The notes below the pieces were generated by a model. It was not told the DNA's origin. It did not search any database and was given only the letters and a program-made list of their open reading frames with translations. Below are positions 1 to 9,002 of a DNA stretch of 64,000 bases, in pieces (within the stretch, counting starts at the first letter, position 1; each line of letters opens with the position of its first letter). Source of the DNA: Candidatus Obscuribacterales bacterium (lineage in GTDB: Bacteria; Cyanobacteriota; Vampirovibrionia; Obscuribacterales; Obscuribacteraceae). The stretch is from assembly GCA_965228855.1 (NCBI GenBank), contig CBDDIJ010000003.1, positions 1,664,001 through 1,728,000 of the forward strand, written 5' to 3'. A program made the translations under genes and the position numbers.

Positions 1-129
1 TAACCTTAGGAATCGATGAATTAGTTCTGCGATAGTCGAGTTATTCGCGTCGGCCTGCGCCCAGAATCGCTCACTGTCCAGCTGGAGTTTGTGGAACGCT
101 GCTTTTCTTTCTTCGTGACTTAAGTCCAT
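1..129 (-). CDS. Partial hypothetical protein (5' end; runs off the window start)
   Basis: ATG at 129 with GGAG just upstream; the frame MDLSHEERKAAFHKLQ... stays open to base 1. Confidence 0.5.
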   Translation of the reverse strand, partial: MDLSHEERKAAFHKLQLDSERFWAQADANNSTIAELIHRFLRL

Positions 130-247
130 ATGCTCCAAGACCGACGAGGGAGTAGTGACAACCGCAACAGGGTCTCCTATTGACTTAGGTTTTATGATCA
201 TATTAGCTGCTCAAAGCCTCGGTTGACCACAATTCTTCCTTGAAGAT

Positions 248-781
248 GTGGAGCCGCCAGGCAAAAGAAGTTCGGCGCCGACTGGTTCTGACGCATACCG
301 AGCTGGGCGAATGGAGTTTAGCTTTGAGAAGTATGCTGAGAAGCGAAAAAAGACTCGCGTGTTCTCTGCATTTGACTCGGCTGTGCAGGAATTCCTGAAA
401 TCGCGAGTGGAATTGAGTACGGAAGAACAACCTGTGCTAGCCTTTTACGAGGATTCCAACACCTGGTATTTGGCAACCTCTCAACGAATCATATGGCCGT
501 CTTTGTCCGGCGTACACTGTATTCGGTATCACGAAATCGATAAGATGGGTTGGTCAGATGGACCGGATGGTCCCAAAGAGTGCGCGCATGAGAACGTTAT
601 CTACACTATTGGCGAACGTTTTTGCAAGATTTGCCGTTACCGGAGTTCGTGGTTTTTCGTCGCTCCGTCGAATGGGCAGCGTGCCGAGATCGCGGTCGAA
701 CAAGGCAGTACAACCCACATATGGACTTGCTTCAGGCTAATGCGTAACCTAGAACGAATACATCCGAGAACAGCTAAATGA
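248..781 (+). CDS. Hypothetical protein (start may be ATG 311)
   Basis: 177-aa ORF with protein-like composition; no family recognised. Confidence 0.55.
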   Translation: MEPPGKRSSAPTGSDAYRAGRMEFSFEKYAEKRKKTRVFSAFDSAVQEFLKSRVELSTEEQPVLAFYEDSNTWYLATSQRIIWPSLSGVHCIRYHEIDKMGWSDGPDGPKECAHENVIYTIGERFCKICRYRSSWFFVAPSNGQRAEIAVEQGSTTHIWTCFRLMRNLERIHPRTAK

Positions 782-1179
782 GCCTACAGTTTTTCAAAAG
801 GAGCTGAGCTAGTGACCGAATACGATGATCTTTATACAGCCGCTGGGCGAAGTCTGCTTATTAATCCGCCACCATATAAAGTGTCGGCAAATAGCGAACT
901 ATGAACTTCTGATTGTATTGCCTCACCGAAAATCCTGCCCTGACAACCCCGGTTGCCTTATCGGAAATCTTACCAAGACAACACCTCCGATATCTGAGTG
1001 AGCGCCACCATATGCGATGGCATGCGAACTCGGTATTTCCGATGCATGCGATTACGACGGTACTAGAGAGAAATTTCTTAAGATCCAAAACACGTCATCA
1101 GCCGGTGCGCTCGAAATATAAGCACCGTTTAGGTAAGTCTGTCCTGATTACGTCGAATCTACCGGGACGGACCAACACA

Positions 1180-1251
1180 ATAAACTAGCGACAGTACGGC
1201 ATGATAAACTAGTAAACGTCCGACTCAATAAACTAGTAATCGTCCGCCAGG
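1180..1251 (+). repeat. Three tandem 24-bp-period repeats with core ATAAACTAG, upstream of the Fic gene
   Basis: ATAAACTAG starts at 1180, 1204 and 1228; units 2 and 3 share ATAAACTAGTAA.CGTCCG; the third unit runs into the AGGAG RBS. Confidence 0.85.
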
Positions 1252-1262
1252 AGCTAAGCGAT

Positions 1263-2807
1263 ATGGTTTCCCCGCCCGAAAAGTTAGCCCAGTCCCTAGA
1301 GAAGCTCCAGCATCTCCAAGACGCAGGCAAGATCGCGATTAGAAGTAGCGATCTGACTAGGATACATCGCGAACGCCTGGTGAAGAACGGCTTTCTTGCC
1401 GAAGTGATGAAGGGTTGGTATATTCCTGCACGTCCTGATCAGCTTGCAGGTGAAAGTACGGCTTGGTATGCGGCCTTCTGGTCATTTTTCGCTGACTATT
1501 TGACTGCTCGTTTTGGGCATGACTGGTGCTTGTCGCCGGAGCAATCTTTAAATCTGCACGTTGGAAATCGAACGGTTCCTCAACAACTGATTGTTCGCAG
1601 CAGTGCAGGAAGTAACAACATAACTCATCTTCCGCAAAACACTTCAATTCTCGATTTAAATGGATCACTTCCACCTAAAGCCGATATCGAACGGGTGGAG
1701 CACCTCAATCTGATTTGTTTACCATCGGCATTGATTAGTTGTTCACCGAATTATTTTAGAAGCAATTCGACTGATGCGCGAGCTGCCCTGGCAATGATTT
1801 CCGATGCATCAGAAATCTTGCCGCTTCTTCTAGAAGGCGGACACACTATCATCGCTGGACGCCTGGCAGGAGGTTTTCGCGATATCGGTAGAGACCGAAT
1901 CGCCGACGATATTTTGAAAACTATGAAAGGTGCCGATTTCGATTGCAGAGAGGAGAATCCGTTTGTCAACACACCGTCGATCACCTTTGGCAGGACGGAA
2001 AGATCTCCCTATGTCAACCGAGTTAAATTGATCTGGAACGACATGAGAGTGCCAATCTTGGAAACATTTCCAAAACCGCCCGGATTACCGAAGAACAGGG
2101 ATCATTACCTTGAGCAGGTACAAGAGATATACGTTACGGACGCATACCACTCACTGTCGATTGAAGGGTATCGAGTTAGCCGCGAGCTAATCGAAAAGGT
2201 ACGACTGGGATCTTGGAATCCGCATACTGATGACAAGGATCGAGAACATCACGATGCACTCGCTGCTCGTGGTTACTGGCAAGCATATCAGGCAGTAAGA
2301 AGAAGCCTCAAGCGAGTGCTTGCGGTTGAGAATGCTGGACTTGTTGCTGACGAAGAACACGGCGATTGGTTTAGACAACTCTTCGCTCCCAGTGTGACGG
2401 CAGGTATATTGCGTCCAGCCGATCTTGCCGGCTACAGAAGCGGACAAGTTTACATAAGGCATTCCATGCACGTGCCACCAAATGCAGAGGCAGTACGAGA
2501 CATGATGCCGACGTTCTTTGAGCTATTGCGAGATGAACCCGAACCTGAGGTTAGAGTTGTCTTAGGACATTTTGTTTTTGTCTATATTCATCCGTACATG
2601 GACGGAAATGGCCGGACTGGTCGATTCATGATGAATCTGATGCTGGGATCCGGAGGCTATCCTTGGACCGTCATTCCAGTCGAGCGTCGTGCTGATTACC
2701 TGAGTTCGCTTGAGACAGCCAGCACTAGACACGACATCGCACCGTTTGCCAGGTTTCTTGCAGAACTTGTTCAGAAATCAATTGAAGGCAACCCTGAAGC
2801 AAAATGA
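1263..2807 (+). CDS. Fic family protein (AMPylation-type) with long N-terminal region
   Basis: Canonical Fic motif HPYMDGNGRTGR; SLSIEG segment upstream; AGGAG RBS at 1249-1253. Confidence 0.92.
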   Translation: MVSPPEKLAQSLEKLQHLQDAGKIAIRSSDLTRIHRERLVKNGFLAEVMKGWYIPARPDQLAGESTAWYAAFWSFFADYLTARFGHDWCLSPEQSLNLHVGNRTVPQQLIVRSSAGSNNITHLPQNTSILDLNGSLPPKADIERVEHLNLICLPSALISCSPNYFRSNSTDARAALAMISDASEILPLLLEGGHTIIAGRLAGGFRDIGRDRIADDILKTMKGADFDCREENPFVNTPSITFGRTERSPYVNRVKLIWNDMRVPILETFPKPPGLPKNRDHYLEQVQEIYVTDAYHSLSIEGYRVSRELIEKVRLGSWNPHTDDKDREHHDALAARGYWQAYQAVRRSLKRVLAVENAGLVADEEHGDWFRQLFAPSVTAGILRPADLAGYRSGQVYIRHSMHVPPNAEAVRDMMPTFFELLRDEPEPEVRVVLGHFVFVYIHPYMDGNGRTGRFMMNLMLGSGGYPWTVIPVERRADYLSSLETASTRHDIAPFARFLAELVQKSIEGNPEAK

Positions 2808-2907
2808 GCTGGTGATCCATTTGCGCACTTCGTTCGCTCCGTGCTACTTCTAATCGCTCGTTTCGCCTAGCCAGAGCAATCTTCTATCATTTGACCACTT
2901 GTCTGGC

Positions 2908-2951
2908 CGTTGACACCGAAGAGGTTGGGAGTTTGAGCCTCTCTTTAGCTA
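2908..2951 (+). pseudogene. Degenerate 3' half of tRNA-Val(GAC), candidate att site
   Basis: Anticodon loop TTGACAC (2910-2916), CGAAG stem side, variable loop AGGTT, T-arm GGGAG-TTTGAGC-CTCTC at correct tRNA spacing; no intact 5' half and no CCA. Confidence 0.6.
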
Positions 2952-3069
2952 TCTGAAGGGTAACATGAATTCTTGGTGGTGCCTGCGAAACTACCCCCAG
3001 AAATCCAGTTACCGGTAACTGATTTGAATGTGCGTCGACGAAACAATATGCTCGAGCGGCAATTGGAGC

Positions 3070-4887
3070 TCAAGGACTGATCCGGAACACCTTTCCCTTC
3101 GGCGCAAAAGGCAGCCTCCCATAAGATGGAATTAGAAATGCGTGCTCTCGTTTTACTCTGATGTTGTCGCAAAATCCATCAGTGATGATCAGGATCGGAC
3201 CAGTATCGGGGAAGTCAGATGCCCCTTCAAGAAGGTTTATCCCAGGCTGCAATATAGTGCCACCACGTCCCTTGACTTTGACCCTGCCTGCGATATCATC
3301 AGCCGACATAAATCCTTGATCGTAAGGCGCAGCGTCGCAGAAAACAACGCGCACGTACCGAACATCTCTCGAATTGCAATAACTTGCAATCGCACCGAGC
3401 GCCTTAGCAAGCAGGTTTCGATCCATCGATCCCGATGTGTCCAGCACGACTCCAAAAGTTCTAGACTCGCCTGGATCGATCGCCTGATAGCTAGGTCGAG
3501 GAATATCCGGGGTGGCAGATTGTCGTCGACTCGGACGCGCATAAGTTCTTCTCATATCCACGGGAGGGAAATGATGATCAAACCACTGCGCGAGTTCGAC
3601 ATCCCAGGGCATCGGCGGCTGGCTCAGCGCCTTAATTTCCTCTATCAGCCCAGAAGGGATGTAACCTCGTCCGATCTCCTCGTGATAGCTCAACCCTTGC
3701 GCAAGACAACGCCGATAAAATTCATCGAGGCTGATGCCCTCACCCTTATCCCAGAGCGAAGAATCGCCCGGAAATATGATGTCTCCGTAGTCCCCATTAT
3801 TTCCACGCAGCGTAGCGAGCTTTCGATAGGTCCGCAGATCTGAAGCAATTCTTTCATAAACCGATTCAGCAGAAAGTCCCTTCAACTCTGGGTCGTACAA
3901 TGCCGATGGAGGGCGCGCGCCCACGCTCATTTCGGTAAGCCATCCATTGATCACATAATCGCAAGCAACGTTCCACAAATATGCGTCTCGATTTTCCTGG
4001 CGCAATTCGTGGCGAAGTCCAGCATGCAAAAATTCGTGCGCCATTACGAATTTGCACTCCTCAATATCCATCCCTGCTGCTGGATTCATGTATATCTCTT
4101 TCATTTCGGAACTGATCGCCGCAACCGAGATTCCCATTCGAATACAGATCGCAGGATCTTCAATCAGTTTGAAAGCCGCAGCCAGTGCCCCAAGCAACGG
4201 ATATGAATCTATAAACCAACGGCGCGCTCGCGCTGCCGGCGAAAGTTTGTTCTTCTGAGGCTCCGCACCCAGATAGGGTTCCAAACCACCGGCAACATTG
4301 ACAGCACTCTGCACGGCCAGCGAAATTCCCTGTCCGAGTTTATCCGTCCAATACTTCCCTGGTGAGGGCACATACCGAGACTGCACGTACAAGAAGTCGG
4401 GCATACTCGGTCCGGCCGTTCCAAAACCGACCAGTTGGGCAGGAATACCATCCTCTTTGAAGCGCTGATAAAGGCGCTCTTCACTTTGCGCTCGAGACTC
4501 GAACTCGATATGCAATTCCGCTGGCGGTTTTCCGATTTTCAAATCGCAGAGAAACTGATGGCAAAAAACTTCGCACGCAGCAATCCACTCCATCTCCTTT
4601 GTTCGCCCGCGAAAGTGATCAAAACCCAGGTGCAAAAGGCAATGTCCAAGCACATAAGCCCACTCCTCAGGGTCCGCCAATCTCCGCGGATGAGCCCAAA
4701 TAACGCCGTTGCTCTGCGTTATGGCCCAACCGTCTTTAGGACAAACATTCTCGTTTGCATCAGCTCGATAAACTCTGGCAGAATACGCCAGACCTGTGAA
4801 GATGGGATGCTTCTCAACAAGACTCTGCCCTTTCGAAAAATTCGAAAGAGTTTTGTTGACCGACTCCTCTTTGCTCTTCTTTGTCAT
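3070..4887 (-). CDS. vWA-like domain protein with two DUF2201-type metallopeptidase-like domains
   Basis: HCLLH and HEFLH motifs, WNVACDYVIN, MIDAS-like DTSGS, GRGGT, IITDG. Confidence 0.85.
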   Translation of the reverse strand: MTKKSKEESVNKTLSNFSKGQSLVEKHPIFTGLAYSARVYRADANENVCPKDGWAITQSNGVIWAHPRRLADPEEWAYVLGHCLLHLGFDHFRGRTKEMEWIAACEVFCHQFLCDLKIGKPPAELHIEFESRAQSEERLYQRFKEDGIPAQLVGFGTAGPSMPDFLYVQSRYVPSPGKYWTDKLGQGISLAVQSAVNVAGGLEPYLGAEPQKNKLSPAARARRWFIDSYPLLGALAAAFKLIEDPAICIRMGISVAAISSEMKEIYMNPAAGMDIEECKFVMAHEFLHAGLRHELRQENRDAYLWNVACDYVINGWLTEMSVGARPPSALYDPELKGLSAESVYERIASDLRTYRKLATLRGNNGDYGDIIFPGDSSLWDKGEGISLDEFYRRCLAQGLSYHEEIGRGYIPSGLIEEIKALSQPPMPWDVELAQWFDHHFPPVDMRRTYARPSRRQSATPDIPRPSYQAIDPGESRTFGVVLDTSGSMDRNLLAKALGAIASYCNSRDVRYVRVVFCDAAPYDQGFMSADDIAGRVKVKGRGGTILQPGINLLEGASDFPDTGPILIITDGFCDNIRVKREHAFLIPSYGRLPFAPKGKVFRISP

Positions 4888-4896
4888 GGATGGGCG

Positions 4897-5961
4897 CTAC
4901 TTATCTCGTTTTGCTGCAATTCGAGGAACGTCACGAACCACTTCAACAAGAAACCACGACGGAATTTCTTCTTCACCGCTATCCGACTTTGCCACCACTG
5001 TTTGCGCAATTTCCAAACTGATCTCGGCAAGGTCCTTCAACAAGCCCTTCGCATTATGCGCGAGCTGCCTCGCCGCACCAGACAACGATTCTTTCGAGGG
5101 CGGTAGCTGTTTTGCCAGTTGCGCGCGGAAAGACTGCGCAAGGAAATACAAAACATCTCTATCCTCAGGAGCACTCGGCCATCTTTCGTCACCACTTATG
5201 ATGGCACTAAGCCGATATCTGTTCCGCAGCTGTTTTACATAAGCTTTAAACTGAGTAGCATGATGTGGAGACAAACAACCAAACGCGAGAACTTCAAGGT
5301 CCGTGTCGGTCATTTTTTCACCATATTCAGTGATGGCATCGCTCAACATATGCCACGAACGCGGAGTCGAAAATGGCTCCTCATGTTTCGGAGGTTGAGT
5401 CCAGAGATGGTCTGGTCTCGTCTGAATATACTCGACTATAAACGGATGAATACCCGCTTCAGCAGCCCAGCTCAACCAATCACGATGAGAAACCGAAAGA
5501 TGCACATGCACTAGCCGATTGAGCAATGCAGACGACATGGGTTTCACGATCGCACTATCCTGAGCCCTGTTGCCGGCTCCAATCACGACAGAACCTTCCG
5601 GCAAGGTATACTCGCCTACCCGTCGCTCATGGATCAGACTATAAAATGACTTTTGCACTTCATGCGAGCACGCGTTTAATTCATCAAGAAACAGACAGTA
5701 AGGCGAATCCCGTGCGATCATAGCCGGGGGACAAAACTTACTCTTACCCTCGACAATTTGCGGAACGCCGATAATGTCCTCCGGCGCGAGTTGACTTCCA
5801 AGCAACGAAACACAAGGCATCCCCACACGCTCCGCAAATTGCTGAACGATGGACGACTTCCCGACACCCGGAGGTCCCCAGATGAAAACGGGTCGCACAA
5901 TGGCAACGTTCAAAAGGAAATCGAAAAGTTGTTTCTGCGTTACTGCCGTCGCTGTATTCAT
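4897..5961 (-). CDS. MoxR-like AAA+ ATPase
   Basis: Walker A GPPGVGKS, Walker B LFLDE, AGN, ALLNR arginine finger, TPRSW; ATG 5961 (MNTAT) preferred over the ORF-track start at 6000. Confidence 0.9.
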   Translation of the reverse strand: MNTATAVTQKQLFDFLLNVAIVRPVFIWGPPGVGKSSIVQQFAERVGMPCVSLLGSQLAPEDIIGVPQIVEGKSKFCPPAMIARDSPYCLFLDELNACSHEVQKSFYSLIHERRVGEYTLPEGSVVIGAGNRAQDSAIVKPMSSALLNRLVHVHLSVSHRDWLSWAAEAGIHPFIVEYIQTRPDHLWTQPPKHEEPFSTPRSWHMLSDAITEYGEKMTDTDLEVLAFGCLSPHHATQFKAYVKQLRNRYRLSAIISGDERWPSAPEDRDVLYFLAQSFRAQLAKQLPPSKESLSGAARQLAHNAKGLLKDLAEISLEIAQTVVAKSDSGEEEIPSWFLVEVVRDVPRIAAKRDK

Positions 5962-6063
5962 TGGAAGACTCAAAAGCTGGACAGAATGCCTGCGAAGCAC
6001 TCTTTAAGAGAAGAATATCATCCCACGCAATTTCGCGCTGCTTATTGCTGCGGTTTTCCAAAG

Positions 6064-6597
6064 TCAGCCAGTCAGATTTGCGAACGCGATACCGATCAAG
6101 GTCATAAACAGAATCAAGCGTAGGCTGCTCGAACGCAGAGACCTGCAACGCGTGAGTCTGTTCGGCATGAAGACAATCAATGCCACAAGCGCAGCAATGA
6201 TCTCCTTGCCTTCTGAAATCCACTTGAACATCAACTGATTGAAGTTGGCATACAAAGCTGAAGGGATGTCTTGCCCGCCGAATGTGTACAAATGCAAACC
6301 CACATAGCTGTCGCTGTACTGTCCGAAACGGTCCGGGAGAAGAGCTTCAACGTTTAGTATGACGATATCATTGTTTTGCTCCGCGGCTTGCTCTATTAAT
6401 GTCGTGGCATCGGACTGGAACGTACACGGAAACTTACGACCGGTTTCGACAGGCAAACTTCCATTCGGTGGCGCTGGTTCAGCTTGAGCCAATGCAGGTT
6501 CACTAGTGTGTGCCAAACACACTGCAGCTGAGAAAAGCAGAGTTGCTAGCACAATGAATTGCCATCGAGTGAATTCGAATAATCCAGGTCGATTCAT
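6064..6597 (-). CDS. Hypothetical exported/membrane protein
   Basis: N-terminal signal-like hydrophobic stretch and two C-terminal hydrophobic segments. Confidence 0.55.
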   Translation of the reverse strand: MNRPGLFEFTRWQFIVLATLLFSAAVCLAHTSEPALAQAEPAPPNGSLPVETGRKFPCTFQSDATTLIEQAAEQNNDIVILNVEALLPDRFGQYSDSYVGLHLYTFGGQDIPSALYANFNQLMFKWISEGKEIIAALVALIVFMPNRLTRCRSLRSSSLRLILFMTLIGIAFANLTG

Positions 6598-6811
6598 AAT
6601 TTTCGTTCCGAAAGCAAGTGGCTAAGCCAACACTAATCGATTGCCTGAATTTTGTATGTGTTGAAATCCCCCCTGAGAGTAGCTTTGGATTTTTGCGAAA
6701 GCGCACAGCACCGATATTCTTGCTTCTATTGGATTGAAGGATGCGTTCAATCAGCAACGTTTTACCGCTGCCGGGTGATCCATCTATCCAGACAAAAGCA
6801 TTGTCGATCAT
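6503..6811 (-). pseudogene. Truncated P-loop NTPase fragment
   Basis: GSPGSGKTLLIERIL Walker A at the N-terminus; no further NTPase motifs; overlaps the next gene. Confidence 0.45.
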
Positions 6812-6844
6812 CAGAAGGGTCGTACCAAGATCGTGACCTGCAGC

Positions 6845-7996
6845 TTATCGGGCTGAAGTCTGAAGTTCTGTTTCCACATCACCAACGAGCGGATGTCCGT
6901 CGGAACCACTCAATGGCTTGCGTAACTTACCATCAGTTGCCGGATAACCGATGAAGCCAGCCTGACCATCTTTGCGGTTTGGTGGCAATCCGAGATTCTG
7001 CAGTGTCTCTTCAACTGAATTGTATTTGACACCAATTTTCAAAATCTCGCGAGCCTCGTCACCATTAGCGATCTTGCGACCGAGCTCATTGGCGATGCGA
7101 ACTTGTTTCTCGATCATTTGAACGGTGGTTAACCGCTTGCCTTTCTTCGCATCCCAGAGATTCTCTTCGATTCCAGCGCGAGTGTGTTGGCCCAGCGCAA
7201 TCATCATCGCGGCTAATGGGTGAGAGAGGCGATGCACTGATTGATATGTGAAAACAGAACCATGTGGAGTACGGCGAACCAGCTCCATCCAGTCAAATGG
7301 ATTGGCACCGCAAGATCCGCCGCCACCCATGCTGAAGAAACCATTCACGGGTCCCATGTATAGTCCACGGCGAATCAAGCGCTCGACGATTTCCAGACTG
7401 TGAATGTGCGCAAGAGCGAAATACGGCTGAATTCCATGTTGGGTGAGACGCTTAATGTGCTCTATATAAAAGTCGGGGGTGGCATCAACAACCATGTTAG
7501 AGAAAGCCCACACCATCTCTTCGGTTGCCACATGGGTACCGGCCCAATCATCCATAGTAGTTAGCGATGTAATGTCCCACTGACAGGAACCAATCGCGAC
7601 AGTCACCTGGTCTGGCTTGGGCTCAATTTCAGCGAGCATATGGCGCGTATCATAACCCTGCCATTGCGCCTTGCTGTGATCGTCAGGAGGCGAGAAACTA
7701 ATCGAGCCACCAACCTGCAAAATCATTTTGGGAACCGCTTCACGCAGTCGGCCAATCAGTTCGCCATATTCTTTGAAGTTCTTAGAAATCTTGCCAGTCT
7801 TCGGGTCACGAACATGGATGTGCAACATGGTGGCGCCGGCGTTGTAGCAATCCACAGCTTTCTGAACCTGCTGATCCCAGGTAACCGCGATGTCCTCCGG
7901 ATAATCTGACGGCAGCCATACCGGTCCATATGGCGCAGCGGTAATTATCAGCGGAGCCTGATTTTCAGGAAGCAGCGAATCGTCTGTGAAATACAT
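6845..7996 (-). CDS. Beta-keto acid cleavage enzyme (BKACE/DUF849, 3-keto-5-aminohexanoate cleavage-like)
   Basis: LIITAAPYG, AGATMLHIHVRD zinc-binding HxH, RAGIEEN motif. Confidence 0.88.
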   Translation of the reverse strand: MYFTDDSLLPENQAPLIITAAPYGPVWLPSDYPEDIAVTWDQQVQKAVDCYNAGATMLHIHVRDPKTGKISKNFKEYGELIGRLREAVPKMILQVGGSISFSPPDDHSKAQWQGYDTRHMLAEIEPKPDQVTVAIGSCQWDITSLTTMDDWAGTHVATEEMVWAFSNMVVDATPDFYIEHIKRLTQHGIQPYFALAHIHSLEIVERLIRRGLYMGPVNGFFSMGGGGSCGANPFDWMELVRRTPHGSVFTYQSVHRLSHPLAAMMIALGQHTRAGIEENLWDAKKGKRLTTVQMIEKQVRIANELGRKIANGDEAREILKIGVKYNSVEETLQNLGLPPNRKDGQAGFIGYPATDGKLRKPLSGSDGHPLVGDVETELQTSAR

Positions 7997-8273
7997 CTAT
8001 CGAATTCTCCTATACTGCTCAGTCCAAACGGAATCAAACTTGTGCATCGTGGAAAGGTCGGTTGGATTCTTGTGGTCAAAGTCCACAGTCTTGTCGGACA
8101 TGCGTGACACCCCTTGTTGCCATCGAAACATTAGAGCAAGAATATCCCCTTTTCATCGATCGCGGATTAGTAAGAGGGGGCAAAGATATCTACAATCTCA
8201 AACACAAACACGTGCCGCCCGACCGCGCTTGCTTAAGGCGGCCGCACGAATGCTATAAGGTCACTCGACGTAC

Positions 8274-8951
8274 TCAATCCTCGAATTTCAAATTGCTCGG
8301 TTTCTGATTGCCACCACGAACATCTGTCGTCGGAACGCTCTTATCAACAATCTCAAAATTCACGTCGTCAAACCAAACCTGCCCGCCGCCGCTAAGAAGC
8401 ACGCCATAAGCGAGGTTCGTGCTTTCTTTCGGCACGTCCAAAACGTTTTCACATTTCGTCCAGTCGTTCGTACCTTTAATCGGTCGGTCTTGCATGTTGT
8501 CAAATCGCAGAGACCGTGCCTTCCCGCCATCTACACGAAACCACAGACCCGCCCAGCCCGTAACATCCTTCGACTTTATATACGAACTCAATCGAACCCG
8601 TTTCTCTCTATAGTCGCCGGGACCGCATTGTTGCATAAGGGTTCCAAACCCTTTCGGCTCCGGTACTATTGATTTAATCGTGGCACTAGCGGCGCCACTA
8701 TGCACGACTACCTTATCCACTGCCATCATATAGTCTCCAGGATGGCTTCCGGCTGGGAACCAGCCTTTCGGGAGGTTCGCACTTTGTTTAGTCGAGGGGT
8801 TTGCCTTTGAGCTTTCCGAATCTGCGTCGGCACCAGCATTGGTATCAGCGCCTTCCGCAGTCGCCGGCAGCGTCAACGCAATTGCTAGGCAAAACCCAAA
8901 GAAACTTTTGTTCAAACCATTCCATGTTTGGATCTGCGTCTTGGTGAGCAT
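8274..8951 (-). CDS. Secreted protein with carbohydrate-binding-like beta-sandwich domain
   Basis: Signal-like LAIALTLPATA; GWFPAG...FGTLMQ...WAGLWFRVD...FDNMQDRPI...GQVWFDDV pattern. Confidence 0.7.
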   Translation of the reverse strand: MLTKTQIQTWNGLNKSFFGFCLAIALTLPATAEGADTNAGADADSESSKANPSTKQSANLPKGWFPAGSHPGDYMMAVDKVVVHSGAASATIKSIVPEPKGFGTLMQQCGPGDYREKRVRLSSYIKSKDVTGWAGLWFRVDGGKARSLRFDNMQDRPIKGTNDWTKCENVLDVPKESTNLAYGVLLSGGGQVWFDDVNFEIVDKSVPTTDVRGGNQKPSNLKFED

Positions 8952-9002
8952 TAGCTTTCCTCTCTCGATTTGTTCCCGTCGTTTAAATAAGTGATCCTGA
9001 GC

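Noticed and set aside
790..1190. Short ORFs 861-1088 and 913-1188
   Set aside because: No motifs or convincing RBS; may be decayed sequence
1180..1251. Possible mini-CRISPR array
   Set aside because: Core is only 9 bp, the period is 24 bp, the intervening sequences are related to each other, and no cas genes are present
2908..2951. Functional tRNA gene
   Set aside because: No D-arm or matched acceptor stem, T-loop is TTTGAGC rather than TTCGA, and there is no CCA
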